NCBI GenBank assembly: GCA_028534125.1
Contig: CM052816.1
Coordinates: 57,724,001-57,788,000, forward strand
Reading direction: 5' to 3'
From: Lama glama
Taxonomy: Eukaryota
DNA length: 64,000 bases
Position numbers and translations under genes: made by a program. The notes beneath the pieces are model-generated. The model did not search any database. It was not told where the DNA came from and saw only the letters and a program-made list of their open reading frames with translations. This document shows, piece by piece, positions 61,941 to 64,000 of this stretch; the first letter of the stretch is position 1; every line of letters begins with the position of its first letter.

Positions 61941-63619
61941 CCTCCCCTTAGGAGAGGGAGTAGGAAATGACATTCACCGGCACATCAACAGCAAGGCTGA
62001 AGCTCCCATTTCAGCCTCCTCTCAGCGTCTTCCAGAGGGCGGTCCTCATGTCCAGTCCTTGTGGATCGCTTCCCTAGAGCTCCTATGCCCTCACCATGCT
62101 GGGTCACAGGAAGAGGGCCCAATGTATTTAAAATAGCACATGACATTCACAATGACGATAGCACCTTTAATTATGTGTCTTTACATAATCAAGCATCTAT
62201 TCAGTATTTTATTGATTTGACTAATGACAGCGTAATTTTTCCCCAAGGTCAAAGCATCAGCTCAGTCCCTAGACTGTTATTTGGCCTGGCCTCAGGAGTG
62301 AGCAGAGAGGTGGACAAACTTCAGGAGCCTGTGAAGAGGAATTTTCTTGCAGAATACTCACTCCCCCCACTGACGTCGCCCTAAAGAGACTGATTCTTTG
62401 GCTTGGGCTCTGTTCCCTGACGAAACGCAGAAAGCCGGTCATTATGATCATTGAGCCTGGGACCCAGCAGTGCCTTATCTGAGCTCATCCTAACCTGTCC
62501 TCAGAGCAGGTGTTGATGAGAAGGAAGCAGAGAGAACACGAGGACTGTGGCCTGCCGTACAAAGGAATGTGTGTGGGGTCCCTTCCTCCATTCTCCCTTG
62601 CCACCCCACAGAGAATAAGAGAAACATCATTTGAGTGAATAATTAACTTTTTCTTAATATTACGTAGAATGTGCATAAAAGCACTTTTACAAACTTTGCT
62701 GTTTGTCTTGCTTTGTAACATACTCTAAGCAAAAAATGGTTTGCTTGTTCTATAAATGTGATTTCAAAATTAGGCCTCTAGCTCCTATTTCTACTCAGAT
62801 TGCTGCCCCTAAGTCCCTCCACTGCAGAAATTCTGGAGCTGCCACTGTGACTCAGGGCATTAGAGAGAGGGGGACACCCTCCAAGGTGGGAGAAAGCTGA
62901 GAGTGGGGAGGTGGGGCCCTAGACAAAGTTGGATCTCCTTTGTAATTTTGCCTGGAGGCAACATACATCATCTCTGAAACCTTCATCATTGGCAAACTTA
63001 ACCCCCAAAATAACTAAATGAAAAATCACTCCCTTCCTAAAGCTTGCATCATGTTTTTTATTCCAATCTGAGTCATGGCAGTGTACTTTGAGTCATCTGC
63101 CAGAATGTAATCAAAGTTTCACAATGCCCTTCCTATGTGAATACTTTCTGTCTTCTCCCTTAAGTTTTATTTTGGCATCAAAATATTCTTTGAAAAAAAT
63201 GGCTCCAGGATCTCTTGCATTCCAGGGATCTCCACACAGTTTTTCGGTCCCTCCTCTGGCCTCCCTCCTCTCTTTGGGGGCCCCCAGCAAGGTCACCAAC
63301 TCCCTTTGTTCTTCCTTCTTCCCTTGCCCATGTGTCACTTTCCTGCCTCCTTTCCTTGCATTATTTTCTCCACCCAAAGCTTCTTCCCCCTCTCAGCACC
63401 CTTCCCGTCCTGAGGGGACCATGACATTCCCTGGCTTGGAAGGGAAGACCCCAGGCTGAGAAGCAGGCAAATGGCTCAGTGCCCCTCAATGTCTCAGGGC
63501 CTCATTTTTCTGTAAATTCAAATAGTTCTCAGTTCATATCCATTTGGATAAAAATCCTACCAGAGTAGAGGTACATTCTACCCTTACACAGAAAGAATCC
63601 TACCATTACATGAAGAAAA

Positions 63620-63985
63620 TTTCTTATTTGAAAGTAATTTCTTAATGTTCACCAGTAGGATACTGGTAAAAAAAAAATGATGCATTTGTTAAAAAGCATG
63701 AGGTGACTAAGTAGTGTTTGTAGAGTAAAGACAGCAATTAGTATAAGAGTCCATCTAGTAGAATCCTTGTTTTTTAAAAAAAATCTATGTTCAATGCTAT
63801 GTGTTAATAGTATGTTGTCTATTACATAGAAGTTTATGAATGGTTAGAAGAAAACCCGAGGGGACGTAGACCACGTGTCATAGTGGTTGCTTTTGGGAGA
63901 GGAGAAGGTGCAGGAAGTGAGGGGGGAATTTTAAATTTTTCCTTTTATGCTGAATTGTTTGAAATTTTTACTAGTATTTCTTTAA
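63620..63985 (+). mobile_element. Old L1 (L1ME-like) 3' fragment
   Basis: atagtggttgcttttgggag...tttttccttttatgct...gtttgaaattttttac. Confidence 0.5.
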
Positions 63986-64000
63986 CAATTAAACCAATCT

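Noticed and set aside
62560..62847. Possible hAT-Tip100-like element ending aattctggagctgccactg
   Set aside because: Only one terminus is recognisable. I could not find the partner TIR or a TSD.
29100..64000. Second protein-coding gene or exons of a neighbouring gene
   Set aside because: The short ORFs here show no recognisable cellular protein motifs or consistent splice structure. Those with recognisable sequence are L1 or L3 remnants. Small or non-coding exons cannot be excluded by eye.

Overview
This is mammalian genomic DNA, very probably camelid, because it carries two tRNA-Ala-derived Vic-1-type SINEs. The only gene supported is ZNF366 (DC-SCRIPT) on the + strand, with four coding exons: 4669-6000, 9137-9328, 18364-18538 and 21457-21980. 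These have canonical GT-AG junctions and splice to a 2223-nt CDS (740 aa) with a Pro-rich N-terminus, 11 C2H2 fingers, two PxDLS CtBP motifs and a C-terminal LxxLL. A 3'UTR of about 3.5 kb probably ends near 25.5 kb. No promoter or non-coding first exon was recognised, so the window likely starts inside intron 1. The remaining ~38 kb is intergenic and dominated by transposon fossils: MIR, L2, L1, L3/CR1, hAT MERs and MaLR/ERVL LTRs. The notable items are a decayed ERV-L provirus still readable as RNaseH-integrase-dUTPase, a stack of L1/L1/SINE insertions sharing a triplicated target site, a stop-free alternative frame running through the spliced zinc-finger mRNA, and several candidate enhancers. 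I found no convincing new multi-gene system. Repeat family names come from recalled consensus sequences and need RepeatMasker/Dfam confirmation; many repeat boundaries are approximate.
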